From Hyalangium minutum (lineage in GTDB: Bacteria > Myxococcota > Myxococcia > Myxococcales > Myxococcaceae), in contig NZ_JMCB01000005.1 in assembly GCF_000737315.1 (NCBI RefSeq), forward strand, positions 20,001-268,000: 248,000 nucleotides of DNA, given 5' to 3'. The notes beneath the pieces are model-generated. The model had not been told where the DNA came from, searched no databases, and was given only the letters and a program-made list of their open reading frames with translations. Positions 165,213-175,319 of this stretch are shown here, piece after piece (position 1 is the stretch's first letter; every line of letters starts with the position of its first letter). The position numbers and the translations under genes are program-made.

Positions 165213-165557
165213 TCAGCTCCCACACTTCAGGTTGCGGATATACGCGCAGGTATAGTGATAGGTGGTCCAGCTATTGGAGTCGCAGGAGTACACGTAGCAA
165301 TAGTCCGTGTAGTTGGGATTGGCGCAGTAGTAGTGGAACTGGGGCGAGATCGTGATGCAGGAGCTCGGCCATTCATCCACAACAGGATTGGTTCCACAGT
165401 AGTCAGTCGCACTGCTCGGGACCGAGCAGATGCCCTGCTTAACGGTGTTCACGTCCTGCTCATTCAGCGACTCCTGCTCCACGCCGCCACACCCTGTGAG
165501 CGCCAGCGCTGACAGCGCGACTCCCGCAACGACAGTCTTGATGAAATTCAATTGCAA
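165213..165557 (-). CDS. Small Cys-rich lipoprotein with low-GC codon usage
   Basis: Lipobox LTGC; 8 further Cys; Tyr-rich. Confidence 0.65.
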   Translation of the reverse strand: MQLNFIKTVVAGVALSALALTGCGGVEQESLNEQDVNTVKQGICSVPSSATDYCGTNPVVDEWPSSCITISPQFHYYCANPNYTDYCYVYSCDSNSWTTYHYTCAYIRNLKCGS

Positions 165558-165633
165558 CTCCTTACAACGAGGGGAACGCTCCTAAAGAGCGGTGCAACCG
165601 TAAGGAAGTGCACGTTGCAAGGCAATAGCCGTC

Positions 165634-165649
165634 AGCAGCGGCCATGCCA
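165634..165649 (-). promoter_or_regulatory. Sigma54 promoter candidate
   Basis: Reverse strand TGGCAT-GGCCG-CTGCT. Confidence 0.5.
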
Positions 165650-165725
165650 GCTCAAGAATGTCTTTGCTCTTGCAACAGATTGCCAGGAACGGCCTGACGG
165701 GAAATCACCTCACCCGTGAGCCATC

Positions 165726-166160
165726 TCAAGGCGCGCCGCAGGCCAGCCACTGGCCCAGCTTCTCGCGCTCCTCCTGCGTGGGCTGATGAGGGATCGAAGC
165801 GGGCGGCATCTCCTTGTTCGTCGCGTTGGGGCCTGCGGCGGCGTGTGTGTCGATCATCGCGCGCTGACGCCGCACCTCGTCCAACGTGTCGAAGTCCACT
165901 CCCACGGTAGCACCCGCGCGCGCGGTGCCCGTGACGGACTTGCTGTGGCAGCTCAGGCAGTACGTCTGCATGAACGCCGTGCCGAAGTTCTGGGCACTGG
166001 GACCGTTCGAAGATGGGCACGTGGCGCCCGTGGCGGCGCCTCCGGGGTGATGCCCGTCCTCGTCTTCTCCGCCACCACACCCTCCGTTGTCTGCGTGCCC
166101 GAGGCACAGGTAGGCAGCGAGGGCGAGCGGACCAAGGCGATACAGGGAGCGGAAGGTCAT
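165726..166160 (-). CDS. Small c-type cytochrome-like exported protein
   Basis: YCLSCH heme-binding motif, MPP. Confidence 0.65.
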   Translation of the reverse strand: MTFRSLYRLGPLALAAYLCLGHADNGGCGGGEDEDGHHPGGAATGATCPSSNGPSAQNFGTAFMQTYCLSCHSKSVTGTARAGATVGVDFDTLDEVRRQRAMIDTHAAAGPNATNKEMPPASIPHQPTQEEREKLGQWLACGAP

Positions 166161-166392
166161 GGCAGGACTCGAAGGAAGGACAGCCACCGGGAGACGGGGC
166201 GCCAGGGCCACAATCCAGCAGGACGTTCCCTGCGGAGGTGTGGCGAAATGCCGCATGCTCGGGATTGGGGTTCTTCTTTACGAAGCAAGCGGCTCCCCTG
166301 TCGGAAATCCCCGGAGAGTTCGTACTCCGAGGCAGGTCATCGCCCCGGGAGGCTGGAGGTCCGCTGGCCTCCAGCGCTGTCGCTGCGTCCGC

Positions 166393-167514
166393 TCAGGGAG
166401 CGGCGTTGAACGGATCCGACAGACTCGGATCTGTGAGGAACGTGGGGTCGGTGAGAGACTCCAGGAACGCCAGGACGTCCTCCTTCTCCTGCGGCGTGAG
166501 GGTGAAGCCCCGCACGAACTCGCTCTGATAGGGGCTCGGGCCGGTGCCCTGGGCACCGGCCCGCCCTCCTGCCGCGTAGTGGTCCAGCACCTCGCTCAGT
166601 GTCGCGATAGAGCCATCGTGCATGTACGGCGCCGTGACGGCGATGTTGCGGAGCGTGGGAGAGCGGTAGCGCCCGGTGTCCTCCGACTTGCCAGTGAACT
166701 CGAGCAGCCCGGTGTCCGTGGCGGGATAACCTCCGTGTCCATCCACGTTGTAGAGGTTGGTGTTGTGGAAGGTGATCTCAGGGAACACCGTCTCCTTGCT
166801 CTTCACCGAGTCGCTGAACGCGAACCCCTGGTGGCAGTGGAAGCACTCCAGGCGCTCCGAGAAGAACAGCGTCATGCCCCGCTTGGCTGACAGGGACATT
166901 GCGTCCAGCTCGTTGCCGTACGTGTACCGGTCATAAGGAGAGCTCCCCGAGATCAGCGTGCGCTCGAAGGCCGCAATTGCCCGGACGATCGAGCTCAAGG
167001 AAATCGGCTGCTTCTCCTTCGGAAACGCAGCGGCGAAGAGCTTCGGGTACCGCGCGTCCTCCGAGAGCCGCTGCAGCAGCATCTCCTCCTGGCCCGCCAG
167101 CCCCAGCTCGATAGGGTGCTCGCCGAAGATGGGCACCAGGGCCTGGGCCTCGAGGTCCGGCAAGACGGGGTTGGCCCAGGTGAGGCTGGCGGCATAAGCC
167201 ACGTTGGCCAGGGACATGGAGTTGCGCCGGTGGGACTCGCCCGTGGAGCCGAGCGCCGTCGTCCGCCCATCCGAGAACGCGCGCTCCTGGAGGTGGCAGC
167301 TTCCGCACGCCTGGGTGCCATTGGCGGAGAGCCGCGTGTCATAGAAGAGGTGCCGCCCCAGCTCCACCTTGGCAGTGCTCATGGGGTTGTCAGCGGGCAC
167401 CGCCGGCTCGGGAAACCCGAGTGGCAGATTCCACTGGAAAGGCTCCTCCGCGTCTCCACAGGCCGTGCTCAACAGCAGCACCAAGCCCAGGCACCACCTC
167501 CGAGCGTCGCGCAT
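166393..167514 (-). CDS. mbnH: MbnH-like di-heme enzyme
   Basis: CGSCH, CFHCH, LRNIAVTAPYMHDG. Confidence 0.85.
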   Translation of the reverse strand: MRDARRWCLGLVLLLSTACGDAEEPFQWNLPLGFPEPAVPADNPMSTAKVELGRHLFYDTRLSANGTQACGSCHLQERAFSDGRTTALGSTGESHRRNSMSLANVAYAASLTWANPVLPDLEAQALVPIFGEHPIELGLAGQEEMLLQRLSEDARYPKLFAAAFPKEKQPISLSSIVRAIAAFERTLISGSSPYDRYTYGNELDAMSLSAKRGMTLFFSERLECFHCHQGFAFSDSVKSKETVFPEITFHNTNLYNVDGHGGYPATDTGLLEFTGKSEDTGRYRSPTLRNIAVTAPYMHDGSIATLSEVLDHYAAGGRAGAQGTGPSPYQSEFVRGFTLTPQEKEDVLAFLESLTDPTFLTDPSLSDPFNAAP

Positions 167515-167519
167515 GGCCG

Positions 167520-168389
167520 CTACTCCTTTCGGAAGAAGGTCTGAGCGCTCGGAGTCCCCTGAGCGCTGCCAAAGCCGAGCCCCAGCCGTTGGAAGATCGG
167601 AGCACAGTCCTCGTCCGTGCCCTCGGACATGCAGCCCGGCGCCGTCTGGGCCTGGTTCGTGTCCATGTTGGAGCCCGCGAACAGCGCGGCGACGTCCAGC
167701 ACCACACCGCTCGCTCCGGTGGGATCAAAGTTGGAGAGCTCCACGTCGAAGCGGTTGGGCCGCTGGCACGAGGTGACCTGGTTGGGGCCGGACGTCTGGC
167801 ACTCGGTGCTGCCCAGGTGGAGGTTGTGCCCGGTGGGCAGCCCCGAGGTGCGCCCGTCCAGGCGGATGAACTTGTAGCCCCCGGCCCAGCCCCAGAAGAG
167901 TGTGCTGACGTTGAAGGGCGCGCTGGCAATGGACGCGTCCTGGTGGTTCTTCTCGAAGGGCATGCCCACGGTGAAGCGCAGACCCACGTAGTTGCCTCTC
168001 GGAGCCGTGCCCACGATGCGGTCGTTCATCGCCTGGGTCCCGTTGGCGCACAGGCCCGTCTTGTCCTCGAAGTCGAGCAGCACCACCCCTTCCTTCTGCC
168101 AGGCTCCGTCGTCCGTCAGCGCCAGAGGCACTTCCTCGGAGGCCTGGTTGATCAGCCGCACGTTGTGCACGTAGAGCCGGAAGTCTTTGGGCTCGTAGGT
168201 GGTGCCCGTGGTCCCCAAGCCCGTGTACGTCTGCCCACAGGCGAAGGGTTGGGTGCCTACGCGGGGCTTGAAGGTAAGGGCCACGTCGATGGGGCCGTCA
168301 TCGGGATGATTGGGCTCGTCATCTCCACACCCGGAAGCCGCAAGAGCGGTGAGGACCAGCAGCAGGATTCTTTCGAGAGGGCGCGTCAC
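167520..168389 (-). CDS. mbnP: MbnP family copper-binding protein
   Basis: DFRLYV, LDFED, FWGWAGGYKF, HLGST.C. Confidence 0.85.
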   Translation of the reverse strand: MTRPLERILLLVLTALAASGCGDDEPNHPDDGPIDVALTFKPRVGTQPFACGQTYTGLGTTGTTYEPKDFRLYVHNVRLINQASEEVPLALTDDGAWQKEGVVLLDFEDKTGLCANGTQAMNDRIVGTAPRGNYVGLRFTVGMPFEKNHQDASIASAPFNVSTLFWGWAGGYKFIRLDGRTSGLPTGHNLHLGSTECQTSGPNQVTSCQRPNRFDVELSNFDPTGASGVVLDVAALFAGSNMDTNQAQTAPGCMSEGTDEDCAPIFQRLGLGFGSAQGTPSAQTFFRKE

Positions 168390-168488
168390 GGTGTGGAACC
168401 TCCAAGCGGGATGGCTGTTGGCACAGCGGAAGGCGTGCGATTAGCAGCAGATCCTCGAGGGGCCCACGCGGCATGTTGCCGCAGGACT

Positions 168489-169217
168489 TCAGGGCGAGGC
168501 TACGACGGCAGTTGAGCTGGCGACATTGCGCAGCACTTGAGTCGCAGCATCCGAGGCCAACGCCGAGGTTCCATTCAGCCATTGATCATAGTGCAGGGTG
168601 AGCCACTGCTCGGACTCCAGCTGCTCCGCCGAGAGAGCGAGCGATTCGAGCGGCAGCTCCACGTTCATGACGCCCGAGCTCTCCAGCCGGAAAGGCTGGA
168701 GCGCGTCATCTCCCTGGGGACGTGCCCAGCCCTCCAGCACGAATGTCCGATCCTTCATGCTGCCATCCACAGGCAGGCCCTCGGCATCCGCATCCGCGGG
168801 CCCGAAGACGAGGTGGATGCGGCAATAGCGTCCCGGCGGCGGACGCAGGACCCCAAGCGTCAGAGGCTCTCCATCCGGCCGCTCCAGGCTGCTCACGGAA
168901 GGGGTTCCCAAGCGCAAGGGACTGGACGCGGTGTGAGCGTGCGCGGTGCCCACAGGGGACAGCTCTCGCAGCCAGCGCAGCGCGGTGGACTCGGGGCAGG
169001 GGATGAGCTCCACGCTGTTCACGGTGATGGAGGCCCGGGTCAGGGTGATCTGCTCTTGCCGATCGGTGGTGAAGTTCCGGGCCGTGCCTGTTGCCTTGGT
169101 GGCATTGGCGGCCTGGTGCGACAGCTTGAGCTGCAGTCGGATGCCCTCCTCGCGAGAGCCGCAGCCGGGCAGAGACAAGGAGACGAGGGCCGCGAGCAGG
169201 AAGGGGAGCTTCTTCAT
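168489..169217 (-). CDS. Hypothetical lipoprotein with AHAH motif
   Basis: Lipobox; TAHAH. Confidence 0.55.
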   Translation of the reverse strand: MKKLPFLLAALVSLSLPGCGSREEGIRLQLKLSHQAANATKATGTARNFTTDRQEQITLTRASITVNSVELIPCPESTALRWLRELSPVGTAHAHTASSPLRLGTPSVSSLERPDGEPLTLGVLRPPPGRYCRIHLVFGPADADAEGLPVDGSMKDRTFVLEGWARPQGDDALQPFRLESSGVMNVELPLESLALSAEQLESEQWLTLHYDQWLNGTSALASDAATQVLRNVASSTAVVASP

Positions 169218-170104
169218 AAGTCGAACGCCACGGCGGCCTGCACGATGGGCGTCTGCCGGACGCGGCCGCTCAAGAGGTTGAGGACAGGCGCTCGGACGCC
169301 GAGCTGCAGGACCATGTCCGTGGTGGGACTGAAGAGGAACTCGGGCGACAGGTAGCCGATGAACCCGCTGCCCTCCGTGTCGCGCTCACCCAAGAGGGTG
169401 CTGGCGCCTTCCAGGCGCGTATCCGCAGCGACCCTCAGTGCCCAGGAGGTGCTCGGCTGGAACTGCGCTGCCAGCGTGCTCCGCAGAGAGGCTCCGCTAC
169501 GGAAGCCCAGGCGTCCCTCGGTGGACACGGTACCGGTCGTGCTGACGACGAAGGACCAGGCCCCTTGGAATGTCGTGTAGGCCAGCCCCACGAACGGATC
169601 CACGGAGCCAGTGCCCAGCTGTGCATCGATCGAGAGAGGGGTCCCCTGTGCGTCCCGTAACGTGGGGGACGTGGGCAGCTCCGAGCCAACGAGCACCGAG
169701 AGGAGGTGATCCGGAGAGAACGCTCGATCGCGGAAGACGAAGAGCTTGGCGCTGACCTCCAGGTCTCCCGGCCCCAGCGCCTGCTCGCGCGTCAGGCTGA
169801 CGTCTCGCAGTGTCCGGGCCTGAAGGGGCAGGGTGGCGGACAACATGAGCCACGGCAGCGGCGCATAGGCCGCCGAGACGTCCACGCGCAGCTCTCGCAG
169901 GGTGACAGCATCCAGGGAGTCATCGCCCACGGTCTGGCCCCAGGCTCGGGTGACAGCCGCCACGCGCAGTCGTCCCGAGAAGGGCTGCTCCGTTCCCATC
170001 GTGGTGAGCGTGGGGTCTCCACAGGCACAGGAGGCACAGGCTCGTGCGGGCGAAGACAAGAGCAAGAGCGCCACCGGGAGCAGCGCGACACAGGACTTCC
170101 ACAT
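169214..170104 (-). CDS. Outer-membrane transporter-like protein
   Basis: CASCACGD start, QLGTGS.D. Confidence 0.6.
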   Translation of the reverse strand: MWKSCVALLPVALLLLSSPARACASCACGDPTLTTMGTEQPFSGRLRVAAVTRAWGQTVGDDSLDAVTLRELRVDVSAAYAPLPWLMLSATLPLQARTLRDVSLTREQALGPGDLEVSAKLFVFRDRAFSPDHLLSVLVGSELPTSPTLRDAQGTPLSIDAQLGTGSVDPFVGLAYTTFQGAWSFVVSTTGTVSTEGRLGFRSGASLRSTLAAQFQPSTSWALRVAADTRLEGASTLLGERDTEGSGFIGYLSPEFLFSPTTDMVLQLGVRAPVLNLLSGRVRQTPIVQAAVAFDL

Positions 170105-170221
170105 GGTGCGCTGTACTCTACCGGTGGCTCGTCCCATGGTCCCTGCGGTGTGTTGTCGCGGTGACGAGAGCGCGGAGCGCGGCCCGAGGAAGAGAAGGGA
170201 CCGCGCTCCGGAGCGCAGGGT

Positions 170222-170950
170222 TCAAGCGGTGGTGCGCAGCGGGAACTGCCGCATCACGGCCTCGGTGAAGGTGCGCGCGCCCGTGTGTGCGCACACCTCG
170301 GAGATGGTCCCCTGGTCAACGATGGCGCCGGCGTGCATCAGCAGCACCCGGTCGCACAGGAACTCGGCATCGCTCAGCGAGCGGGTGGCCAGCAGCACCG
170401 CCTTGCCCGCGTCGCGCGCGGCCCGGATAGACATCAGCACGAAGTGGCTGCCCATCAAATCCAACGAGTGGGTGGGCTCGTCCAGGATGAGCGCCGGAGG
170501 ATCGTGCAGCAGCGCACGCGCCAGGTTGAGCCGCTGCTGTTGGTCGGGTTGCAACGTCGCGACGGGCAGATCCACGAACCGCTCCAGCTCGAAGGCGTTC
170601 ACCACCGCTTCGATGCGCGCCTCCAGCTCCAGCGGAGGCACGCCGTGCAGTTGGCCGCGCTGCTTGAGCAGCTCGCGAGGCGTGGGCCGGGTCGGCAGGT
170701 TGCAGTCACCGGCGGCGTAGCCCACCCGGTTTTTGATGCGGAACGGATCCATCAGGGTGCTCAGCCCCGCCACCACGCCCTCGCCTGAGGACGGCGTGAC
170801 GAACCCCGCCAGCATCTTCAGCAGCGTGGACTTCCCAGCGCCCCGAGGACCGATGATGCCCACCACCTCGCCGCGGGACACGGTGAACCGCACGTTCCGG
170901 ACTGAAGTGCCTCCCTGGACGTTCTTCGACAAATCCCTGGCTTCAATCAC
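170222..170950 (-). CDS. ABC transporter ATPase (degenerate signature)
   Basis: GPRGAGKST, LDEPT. Confidence 0.78.
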   Translation of the reverse strand: MIEARDLSKNVQGGTSVRNVRFTVSRGEVVGIIGPRGAGKSTLLKMLAGFVTPSSGEGVVAGLSTLMDPFRIKNRVGYAAGDCNLPTRPTPRELLKQRGQLHGVPPLELEARIEAVVNAFELERFVDLPVATLQPDQQQRLNLARALLHDPPALILDEPTHSLDLMGSHFVLMSIRAARDAGKAVLLATRSLSDAEFLCDRVLLMHAGAIVDQGTISEVCAHTGARTFTEAVMRQFPLRTTA

Positions 170951-171319
170951 GATGCACGAACCCCCATTCAGCGAAGCCTCCACGGGCAAACCCCTGGCCG
171001 TGCCAACGCCTCGCTGTCGCGGCGCCGGAAGAATCCCTGTCTTGATGGAGCGCCAGGGGCCGTCTGGCGACACTGCGACTTCTCGACGCCTCCCGGCATT
171101 CACCACCGGGTCCTTCTTCACCGCCGGGTGAGCACACGGCAGCGGGGGGGAGGGGACGAGCTGATCCGCCTCAGCATGCGAGCGCTGGTTCGCTCGCACG
171201 CTTCAGAGACAGTAACGGCGTGCATAAGGGGCGTCAATACGGGGTCCCACGCACGAATCCGACCTACCCAGGAAGAGCTGCCAGAGCGGCGCGCTCACCG
171301 GAAGGGAGGGGTGGGGCGC

Positions 171320-171829
171320 TCAGCTCTGAGGAGGAGAACGAGGTGCCTCGGGTTCTCGCTGTGAATCCTTCGCGATGCGGTGGCGCTTGCTGAAGCGCTC
171401 GATCCAGTGCTCCACGGGGCGCAAGCCCACGAGCACCACGAGCGCGAAGCCCACGGTCACGGAGGCGCCCAGGAAGAAGCCGAAGCCCGCCGCGAGGCCC
171501 ACGGAGGCCGTGAGCCAGAGGTTGGCGGCGGTGGTGAGCCCGTGCACGGAGGTGCCGTGGCGGAAGATGGCGCCGCCCCCCAGGAAGCCGATGCCCACGA
171601 CAATCTGGCTGGCGATGCGGGTCACGTCAGCCCGGATGAACGAGGGCTCAGCGCTGTCGACCGCCTGTCCCGCGGTGACGCTGACCAACGTGAAGAGGCA
171701 AGAGCCCAGGCTCACGAGCAGGTGCGTGCGCAGGCCGGCGGCATGCCCGCGCAGCTCCCGCTCCAGCCCGAGCAGCCCGCCCAGCACCAGGGCCAGCGCC
171801 AGGCGCGCGATGAGGGTGCGCTCGTCCAC
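171320..171829 (-). CDS. MgtC/SapB family protein
   Basis: ERE...AGLRTH, GIGFLGGG. Confidence 0.88.
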   Translation of the reverse strand: MDERTLIARLALALVLGGLLGLERELRGHAAGLRTHLLVSLGSCLFTLVSVTAGQAVDSAEPSFIRADVTRIASQIVVGIGFLGGGAIFRHGTSVHGLTTAANLWLTASVGLAAGFGFFLGASVTVGFALVVLVGLRPVEHWIERFSKRHRIAKDSQREPEAPRSPPQS

Positions 171830-171835
171830 GGAGGG

Positions 171836-172432
171836 CTACTCTCCCAGCTCGATCTTCTCGTCGATGTCCTGATCGTTGAGCTTGGGCTTGGGCAGCGTGT
171901 CGAGCGTGGCCTGGAGCAGCTTGTACGTGGGGACGACGAAGGGCTCCACCTCGGGGCCGAACTGCTGCACGTACTGCGCGGTGCGCTCGCGGAACTTCTC
172001 GTCGCTCGCGCCCCAGCTGCCCGCGGCCTCGGCGCTCCAGACGTCCTCGCCGTCCACGCAGCGCATGAGCCGGGCCCTCACGGCCACGTCCGCGCCGTCC
172101 TGGGTGGCCGTCACCTGCGGATCCAGGTGGAGCACGCCCTCGATGCCCTCGACGCACTGGGCCTTCAGCGCCTCAGGGGTGGCGGGCTCGGCCAGGGTGA
172201 CGTTGGCCTTCACCAAGAAGTCCCGGTTCTGGTTGACGTACTGGCGGGCGATGAGGCTCCACAGCTCGCCCAGGGCCTGCTTGCCGGCGGGGAACGGCTG
172301 CGTCACCACCGCCAGGCGCTTCACCCGCTCCCTGTCCATCTGCTCGTAGTCGGGGCGCGTGAAGCTGTTCTTCACCGTGGCACAGGCGGCGAGCGTGGTC
172401 AGGCCCACCGCGAGCGCGAGTCGCTTCGTCAT
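171836..172432 (-). CDS. Lipoprotein (MXAN_6521/LA_1396-like)
   Basis: Lipobox LAAC. Confidence 0.65.
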   Translation of the reverse strand: MTKRLALAVGLTTLAACATVKNSFTRPDYEQMDRERVKRLAVVTQPFPAGKQALGELWSLIARQYVNQNRDFLVKANVTLAEPATPEALKAQCVEGIEGVLHLDPQVTATQDGADVAVRARLMRCVDGEDVWSAEAAGSWGASDEKFRERTAQYVQQFGPEVEPFVVPTYKLLQATLDTLPKPKLNDQDIDEKIELGE

Positions 172433-172519
172433 CGTCGTCTCCCTCTCCCAGCCCCTCCGGGAGGAGGGGCCTCGTTCATCATGGCCGGGGCGGTGAGCCC
172501 TGGAACCCCTGGCGCCGGC

Positions 172520-175132
172520 TCAGGCCGCCCGGGTCTCGCTGCCGCTGCCTCCACCGGAGGCCGTGCCGTCCGAGGGCGGCCGCTGCCCGCTCTTGCGCAC
172601 GCGCCGGTCGTGCATCAGCTGCATCACCGCGGCGAGCACCGTGAAGGACACCAGCAGCGTGGTGATGAGACCGATGCAGGCGACCACGCCCATGGAGCGC
172701 AGGCCGATGTGGCTGGCCGCCAGCAGCGCGGCGAAGCCGGACACCGCCGTCAGTGTCGAGGAGGCCACCGCGGCGCCCACGCTGCGCAGCGCCACCACCG
172801 GCGAGGTGCCTTCCAGGAAGCGGTGCAACAGATAGAGGCCGTGGCTCACCCCGAAGCCCAGGAGGATGGGCAGGATGATGATGTTCATGAAGTTCAGCCG
172901 CAGATCGAAGATCGACATGAACCCCAGCATCATCGCCAAGCCCACGGTGAGCGGGATGACGGACGCGAGCGCCAGCGGCACGCTGCGGAAGTCCGCGAAG
173001 TGCATGATGAGGATCCACAGCGCCACCAGGATGACGGTGAGCTGGCCGTCCTTGAGGACGATGCGCGCCAGCCGCGCGTAGAGCTGCGCGGCGCCGGCGG
173101 AGCGGAACTCCTTGCCGGAGGCGGTCTTGATGACGCTCGTCTCGTCGGCGAACTGGAGCATCAGCTTGCCGTCCCACAGGTCCACGCTCGGGTAGATGAA
173201 CGTGAGGAAGCCGTGGTTCTCCAGCTTGGTCTCCGGCAGGTGACGGAACTGCTTGGCGTAGATGTCCGGCACGCCGTTCACGTCGAAGGGCCGAGCCTCC
173301 AACATCTTCTTGAAGATGCCGGCCTTCTCTTGCATCTCGGGCGGCAGGGCGGCGACGTCGATCTCCTTCAGCTCCTCCTGCCACTCCTGGAGGATCTTCG
173401 CGTTGGCCTTCGCGTTCTCCGGCGGAGGCACGAACGTGTAGATGCTCACCACCTGGTCGATGGACTTGTACTTCTCCGGGTGGCCGGTGAGCTCGTCGTA
173501 GACCTCCTTCGCCTCCTCGAGCGTCTTCGTGTAGACGGCGATGGGATCGCTGGAGATCTGGAACCGGCGGGCAATCTCATCCTGGAGCTGCACGGAGGGC
173601 TGCTTGGCCGGCATCAGCGCGCGGGTGTTGTAGTTGAAGCGCACGCCATGCTGGATGCGCTCGTGCAGCGGCAGCTCCTTGCTGGCGGACACCTCCTGGC
173701 TGCTCCAAGGGATGGCGCACGCGCACACCACGGCGACGATGACGGAGCTGATGCCCAGCAGCAGCCCGGGGCGCGGGAAGCGGATCTCCTTGCCCGAGGC
173801 GTTGATGGTGGCCGGCGGCTTCATGGTGCCGATGAGCTTCTCGGGCAGCGCCGGGTTCATGCGGCCGATGAGCGCCAGCAGCGCCGGGCTCCAGGAGAAC
173901 AGCGTCAGGCCGAGGATGAGCGTGCCGCTGCCGGCCAGGAAGCCGAACTGGCTGAAGCCGCGGAACTCGCTGACCATCAGCACGTAGAACGAGCCCGCCG
174001 TCACCACCGCGGACACCGCGGCGGGGCGGCCCGCGTTGATGATCGCGTCCCGGATGGCGATGTCGTACGGCTTGCCCGCGCCCAGCTCCAGCCTCGTGCG
174101 GAAGACGAAGTGGATGCCGAAGTCGATGCCGAAGCCCATCAGGATGCCACCGAGGATGCTGGTGATCATGTTGAGCTCACCCACGGTGGCGTAGGTGAAG
174201 CCCATGGTGATGATGGTGCCAATCACCATGCCGCTCACCACGATGACGGTGGGCGCCCACTTGCGGAAGAAGGCAATCGTGATGGCGAGGATGGCCAGGA
174301 ACGCAATCACGGCCACCGGCTGCAGCGACTCCTCGATGGCGTACGAGTCATCCACCGCCGTCTTGTACGAGCCGGTGTAGCCGTAGGCGACCGTCTTCGC
174401 GTCGCCCATCGCGTCGTAGTCCTCGACCAGCTTCACGCCCTGCGGGTTCGTCTTCGAGTACTCGGCCAGGTCCTTGTTGAGCTTCTCGACGTACGCCTTC
174501 GTCTTGCCGAGCTCGTTGGTGTCCCACATCGGCTTGATGAGGATCATCATCATCTTGCGGTCAGGCGAGATGTAGTAGTCGTCGATGATGCTCTTCTTGC
174601 CCACGCTCGAGTACTTCGAGATGAGGTCCTGCAGGTCGAGCTTCACGGGCTCGGTCTTCTTCAGCTCGATGAAGAAGGGGTTGTTGCGCCGGAGCTGATC
174701 CTTCATGTACGCGCTGATGCGCTTCTTGCCCTCGGCCAGGTCCTCCGTCTTGATGAAGAGGGCCATGTTCTGCTGCACGAACTCGACCGGAATCTTGTAG
174801 GTGAAGAAACGGACGTTCTCCTTGTCCGCATCCAGCCGGGCCGCGATGTCATCCGCGACGCGCTTGAGCGTGGGCTCGTCCGAGGAGCGCAGCGCGAGCA
174901 TGAAGTAGCCGCTGCCGCCCACCATGTCGATGATGCGCTTGACCTCCTTCACCTCGGGCAGCTCCTGAGAGATCAGGTCGAGCTGGTTCGAGTTGATGGT
175001 CAGCTTGGACGTGCCGTAGAGCGAGATGCCCAGCAGCGCGAGGATGACGAGGAGGACCGTTCCCGGCCTGCGGACCATCAGTCCGGCATAGGCGAGGGCA
175101 AAGCGGTTTGGGGGGTGGGACGAGGTGCTCAT
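172520..175132 (-). CDS. MMPL/RND family transporter
   Basis: GFGIDFGIH, two TM bundles. Confidence 0.85.
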   Translation of the reverse strand: MSTSSHPPNRFALAYAGLMVRRPGTVLLVILALLGISLYGTSKLTINSNQLDLISQELPEVKEVKRIIDMVGGSGYFMLALRSSDEPTLKRVADDIAARLDADKENVRFFTYKIPVEFVQQNMALFIKTEDLAEGKKRISAYMKDQLRRNNPFFIELKKTEPVKLDLQDLISKYSSVGKKSIIDDYYISPDRKMMMILIKPMWDTNELGKTKAYVEKLNKDLAEYSKTNPQGVKLVEDYDAMGDAKTVAYGYTGSYKTAVDDSYAIEESLQPVAVIAFLAILAITIAFFRKWAPTVIVVSGMVIGTIITMGFTYATVGELNMITSILGGILMGFGIDFGIHFVFRTRLELGAGKPYDIAIRDAIINAGRPAAVSAVVTAGSFYVLMVSEFRGFSQFGFLAGSGTLILGLTLFSWSPALLALIGRMNPALPEKLIGTMKPPATINASGKEIRFPRPGLLLGISSVIVAVVCACAIPWSSQEVSASKELPLHERIQHGVRFNYNTRALMPAKQPSVQLQDEIARRFQISSDPIAVYTKTLEEAKEVYDELTGHPEKYKSIDQVVSIYTFVPPPENAKANAKILQEWQEELKEIDVAALPPEMQEKAGIFKKMLEARPFDVNGVPDIYAKQFRHLPETKLENHGFLTFIYPSVDLWDGKLMLQFADETSVIKTASGKEFRSAGAAQLYARLARIVLKDGQLTVILVALWILIMHFADFRSVPLALASVIPLTVGLAMMLGFMSIFDLRLNFMNIIILPILLGFGVSHGLYLLHRFLEGTSPVVALRSVGAAVASSTLTAVSGFAALLAASHIGLRSMGVVACIGLITTLLVSFTVLAAVMQLMHDRRVRKSGQRPPSDGTASGGGSGSETRAA

Positions 175133-175319
175133 TGCGGGGGGACCCTACCGGCAAATGGCCCGTCTCGGAAGCAGCGCCTGCGCGCCCGGTTGCTGGGGCG
175201 GCGTCCGCGCTACAGGTTGAGCCCGGGAGGGAGGCGGCCGGGCGCCTACCCCTGATGCAGGACGGGCCTCCTCCCGAGGTAGGAAGAGGCCCAGCCGGAT
175301 GCCACACAGACGGGTGGGG

